Source: Polymyxa betae A26-41
Taxonomy: Eukaryota; Protista; Endomyxa: Phytomyxea
Assembly (NCBI GenBank): GCA_003693705.1
Contig: RBZT01000990.1
Coordinates: forward strand, 1 to 57,632
DNA length: 57,632 bases
Direction of reading: 5' to 3'
Under the pieces are notes generated by a model. It saw nothing but the letters and a program-made list of their open reading frames with translations, had not been told where the DNA came from and did not search any database. Position numbers and translations under genes: made by a program. Shown here one piece after another: positions 53,121 through 57,632 of the stretch; the stretch's first letter is position 1, and each line of letters starts with the position of its first letter.

Positions 53121-54161
53121 ATGAAGAATGTAATAGGAGCAGCCCCAATAAACCCTGCTCATCAGTCATATCTCATCATCATCATCATGATGGTGTTGTC
53201 ATATGTTTATAGGTATCGGCTTCCAGCTATAGGTACAGCTATATCATCGGTACTGCTGGCGTTGTCTGGCATCCATTTCCTGGCCATGCATCCATCGGAT
53301 CCTTCCAGAGCTATCCGTGCTCTCATGCATTCATTTATCTTTTCGTTGCTGTACTCGCTTCACATTGCTTCGTTCGTAAAAACTGCATTCACGGATCCAG
53401 GTCGTTGGAATATAATAACTTCCAAAAACATGCTTTGATGACCTGCTAATAGGCTCAATTCCAAACGGATACGATGCATCCAGGTTTAAAACGGTTGAGA
53501 GGAAAAAATCCTCACCTGATGGGCTCCGATTTTGTAGAAAATGCTGTCGCTGGAAACCCGATCGAACTCATCATTGTCATTCATGTGGAAGATGTATATT
53601 ACGAATGGATCAGTAAGATACAAATTACCAACAGATTGTCACTGAGCTGTATTGCTAGTTGTTGTACGTTTGTTTCAAATTGCATTGGATTGTACAATTA
53701 CAAGTATTTTCTGCTGCTTTTGTTCTGGTCTGGTTTGGCATCAGCCTTTATGGCGTTTGCACTTTTCGATGTACATGCTTTTAAAGTCCAGGATCCTTCT
53801 CAACGTCTTATCTATCTACTTCATTACAAAAGGCATATCTTCTTCGCATTGATTATTTTCATAATTGTTGCCATTACCCTGTTCATTTTCCTCTTTTTCC
53901 ATCTCCTTTTGGTTGCAAATAATTTAACCACCATCGAACTAAATGAAAAGCGAGGATATGGTTTCACCTCCAGAGTAATTGTTAAGCCTTAATCAGTATT
54001 ATACAGCATTCTGACTTTATGTTTTACAGTATAAAAACCCTTTCAATAATGGTTTTTACAAAAATTTTTCCAGTGTCTTTGGAAGACGTCCATATCTTTG
54101 GATAATTCCAGCAACCGCTTCTATCAAAGAAATCTCAGTAAATCAACATCATCTTGATTAA
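53121..54161 (+). CDS. DHHC-family palmitoyltransferase (DHCC variant)
   Basis: [33 protein letters not shown]|[39 protein letters not shown]; four TM segments. Confidence 0.92.
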
Positions 54162-56491
54162 TAAATTGATGCCTATGTCGGGCAATGAGCTCAACTTATT
54201 TGGTCATTGATTCCGTTCTAAACAGCATGGTGTTCAGCAAGTAATTGTCGTTCAAGCCACGCTGTTTGACTTTTCAACCACATCAATCACAGGTTACCTT
54301 GATTATGAATTATGATCCCGATGTATTCATAAGTCGCGACATCACGTATGGAATATTCCACTTTGTATTTCGAAACCGTTGAAATAAAAAACGAATGTCA
54401 AAATTCAGCGAAATGAGATACCGGCACAAACGGCAATTTTGTAGACAGAAACAAAACAAGATTTAAAATTCTACGAGATAAGTTACTGATTCTGCAACGG
54501 GACGGGTCGTTCAGCTTCGAAGCATTCTTCCCACAACCTGCCTATTGAAAAATCGTGAAATACCAGGCGGTTGAAGCCGGATCAGAAACGTCTGACTCTA
54601 TATTAATGAATGCAATTCTTGACACAAGAGAGGACGTCAAATTCTTTGTAACGACATTTCCAGTCGCCAATTGGCAAAGAAGCTTCATCATCAATACACG
54701 ATTGCCATAGAAAATCGACCGTTTATCAGGACATATATCATCTAAACGCATGCATTGCGGTGTACTTTTCAAGACAATTTCTTGGCAATCATTTTCGGGA
54801 TCCGTTGCACGTTCCGCTGTATTCTGGCTAAGGCAAGTCTATATCAGGGGACGAATCGTATTAAAGGACAGTTCATACCTGGCACCAATTGGCATCTCCA
54901 CAATAATCTTCTCCAGTTCCACAAAAATTGCTGCCGCTGCAGCAGAGCCCTTAATCAGATGTTTAGCCTACAATTCTGCTGCTCTCTTGGCTTCGTTTTA
55001 CCTGGAGCACAGCGAGCGTTCACAATGGGGCCACATTTAGCTCCCGAACCAACAATCTTGGGTGTTGCTCTTGGTCGAGAGGGCTTCTTTCTAGAACCGC
55101 AGTCACCGAATTCAGATTGACAGCCCTTTCCACAATAGATATCTTGTTTTTGAAGATCATTTTTCGGGCCACAGTGACCTGATTAAAATTGACATTAAGC
55201 ACGAGGCAGCAAATCAGCGGTTACCATCTGAGGAACAGCAACGGTAGAAATATCCCTTTGCACCAGCTCCAGGGCATGAAAATTGAACCGATGGGCCACA
55301 TTGATCAATATCCGGCACATCCATTGAATGGCGATGGCCTATCCCGAACAAAGACATCTGTAATCTCGAGGCAAATGAAGACGATCTGGAGCTTGAATCT
55401 GTGTTGGAGCCATTCGTCGTCGAACCGCAAATCGATCTAGGGTCGCTGAAGTCCTTTAAGCACGTTTTTAAGTCACAATGGTCTTTGGTGTGGCCACACC
55501 TGAAGTTGATGTCAGACAATTAATACAAATATTGGAATTCGGTCACCATCCACGACCACTACAGCATCCAGCATCACTGCAGACCGTGTTGCTTGCTGTC
55601 GGGCCACAGTTTTGAGCCAGTGCAGCGAGCACCTGAATCATGGCGATTATATAAACAATTTGGATCCGAGCCATAAGTACGTAAAACTGCCAGAGATACG
55701 TCAAGAAGTTTTGGATTTAAAGAATGAAGACAGAGAAGGTTGGAATCAGATTGACAAGATAGCAAGATACTTTGACGATGAAGGATCCAGATTGAGACTG
55801 TTGGCGTGACTCTGTCTGCAGTCAGATGATACAGTCACTGACTTGATTAAGATAGTGATCTTTCTGCATTAGAAAGGAAGGAACCCTCTGCTCTATAGAG
55901 ACTCGTTCAAGTAGACAAATGCTCAGTTGAAAGAACCCGCGAGTCTATCATACGATACTCTCTGTAACATTACAACAACAGCACTTTGGTATTGCTGCCT
56001 TCATTCTCCATATTGTATAGTACGTACTTGTATGTTCATACTTCAAGTGTGCATATCACCAATCAGGAGGAGTTCTGGCTGAAATGCTCAACAAAGTTGA
56101 AGCGTGTGATGCAAGGATCTTTATCCGTTATTTTGTGAAAACCGATAAAATTTTAACTTTGGGCGCTGACGCTGCACTACCCATCATCGCCACCAATTCC
56201 ACCGATAGCAAAGGCGACATTGGAACACTTTCGAGTCAAAGTGTCTGAAATCCCGACCACGAGACACACTTCATGGTGAAATCAAAATTTGGGTTATTTT
56301 GTTCAGACTCCCTAGCAAATAAACAGCTGAAATGAATTTAAACAAGCCTTCTGCCTTTCGGACGATCTACCGATGGGTTTGGCAGCTGGTGGGATCTGGA
56401 CATCTATTCACAGCACTTTGGCTGTCGCTACTTAATATTGCTTGAAGCTGAGAACCTGTTTTTAGACGACCATAAACGGCGAAAGCTTAAT

Positions 56492-56968
56492 TCACTCTAC
56501 AGGAAACTGGATCTCGATCCGCGTTGTGTCTCCGCTGCCAGCACAATCTTGGCTGTTATCACAAAGATTTGCAGGTAGCGACACGTAGACTTCTCGTGAT
56601 GAACCAACCACCTTCATCTTGCGATCTTCGAGCCATTTCATAATCACCTCATAGGATTCAGCAATACGATGTAATTGATCGGTATGCGTTATAATCGCCA
56701 TCTTTTGTGAAGGCAGCGTCTCGATCTTAAACCGATCCTGGTCAGGAATATGAATCGACATGTCAATTGGGAAGCAAACTTGAACGTCAATGTCGCATGC
56801 ATTATGAAGGACTGCAACTCCAGGGCCAGATATTGGAATAGAATTACTTTCCATGAAAGCTCGAAGCTCAGTCCAGAGGCGACCTTGCTCGGGAAATGAA
56901 CTGATTTTCTCTCGCAACGATAGTACTGTTAGAGCAGGAATCTGCTCAATTTTGATGGGAAGTTCCAT
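56492..56968 (-). CDS. GyrI-like small-molecule-binding domain protein (intronless)
   Basis: IKIEQIPALTVLSLR...LWTELRAF...GPGVAVLH...DVQVCFPI...LPSQKMAIITH...SYEVIMKWLE...SREVY...IEIQFPV matches the GyrI-like/BmrR effector-binding fold. Confidence 0.85.
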   Translation of the reverse strand: MELPIKIEQIPALTVLSLREKISSFPEQGRLWTELRAFMESNSIPISGPGVAVLHNACDIDVQVCFPIDMSIHIPDQDRFKIETLPSQKMAIITHTDQLHRIAESYEVIMKWLEDRKMKVVGSSREVYVSLPANLCDNSQDCAGSGDTTRIEIQFPVE

Positions 56969-57117
56969 GCTCAATATGTTATGCTTATACCGGTAGTATT
57001 GGTTCAAAAACTGTGCGAATCTTCAAAGGGTCCGAACAAATTCCCGTATTTTTTTGGAAACGACAAAAAAGTGTGTCCCGTATCGGCAAAAAATTGGTCG
57101 GATTATTCTGTCGTCTA

Positions 57118-57632
57118 CCGTAGGCTCTCTTATAATTAATTCTCTCTTATAACTGATAGAGATCCGGTCCACCGACATCGGTAGTATGACTTATAATTAA
57201 TACTCTCTAATATTTCATAATTAATACCCGATATGGCTGTATTAATTATAAGAGAGTTACATAAAAATCATCAAATTTTCATTTCCATTCTAACGCTCCT
57301 AGGTTATCAGTGATCAGTTCAAAAGTACGCGCGAATATCGCTCTGTTTCAGACGGGATAGCCGCTCCAGAGTGTCTTGGCGGATTAGTTCGCTCAAGAGC
57401 CGGCGCAACTTCTTAATTTCGCTGACATTGTCATAAGCGTTATCATCAAGCATACTGATACTTATCTGCAATGCCTTGATCTTCTCTTCTAAAGAAAATT
57501 CAGGTCGAACAACCAATTCCTCAGGCTCATCTGTTTGAATGACTCTAATACTTCTTCCTCTGTGAATGTCTGGTGGATATCAATCTCCTCATCATTGTGT
57601 AAATATTCTTCCAGATCCATTTTGGCAGTTTT
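57118..57632 (-). mobile_element. 3' end of a pogo/Tigger-like DNA transposon with frameshifted transposase C-terminus (runs off the window)
   Basis: TA|CCGTAGGCTCTCTTATAATTAATTCTCTCTTATAACTG terminus with repeated CTCTCTTATAA motifs. Minus strand reads MDLEEYLHNDEEIDIHQTFTEEEVL, a frameshift near 57545, then ...LKQSDIRAYF*, a PIP-box tail typical of pogo transposases. Confidence 0.75.

Overview
Compact, AT-rich eukaryotic nuclear DNA with many short (mostly about 40-60 nt) spliceosomal introns and very short intergenic gaps. The gene mix (callose-type GT48 synthase, stand-alone ATCase, Zn2Cys6 factor, TTTTAGGG-like motifs) suggests a protist, possibly a phytomyxid (Plasmodiophora/Spongospora-like); this is inference only. 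The left end (1-2.45 kb) is a transposon nest: a decayed Crypton-like tyrosine recombinase gene, an internally deleted IS630-Tc1-mariner element and a pogo-like MITE. The core (4.5-45.7 kb) holds V-ATPase A, SRAP/HMCES, ArfGAP-PH, a RAP-domain protein, ATCase, an Rnl2-like RNA ligase homolog lacking catalytic motifs, a DUF4203-like/1,3-beta-glucan synthase fusion, Sec13, a NIPA transporter, ALY/REF, a DnaQ-like exonuclease, a twin Zn2Cys6 factor, a large ARM-TBC-EF-hand-GAF gene and a pseudokinase-C2 gene. The right part (45.8-57.6 kb) is more repeat-rich: tandem duplications, two outward-facing pogo-family ends, SNRNP27, an intact but catalytically dead eIF4A paralog, a Cys-less glutaredoxin-like gene, a DHCC-variant palmitoyltransferase, an intronless GyrI-like gene and the 3' end of a pogo transposase. 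No rRNA, tRNA or CRISPR array was recognised. Gene models were spliced by eye, so some boundaries are approximate.
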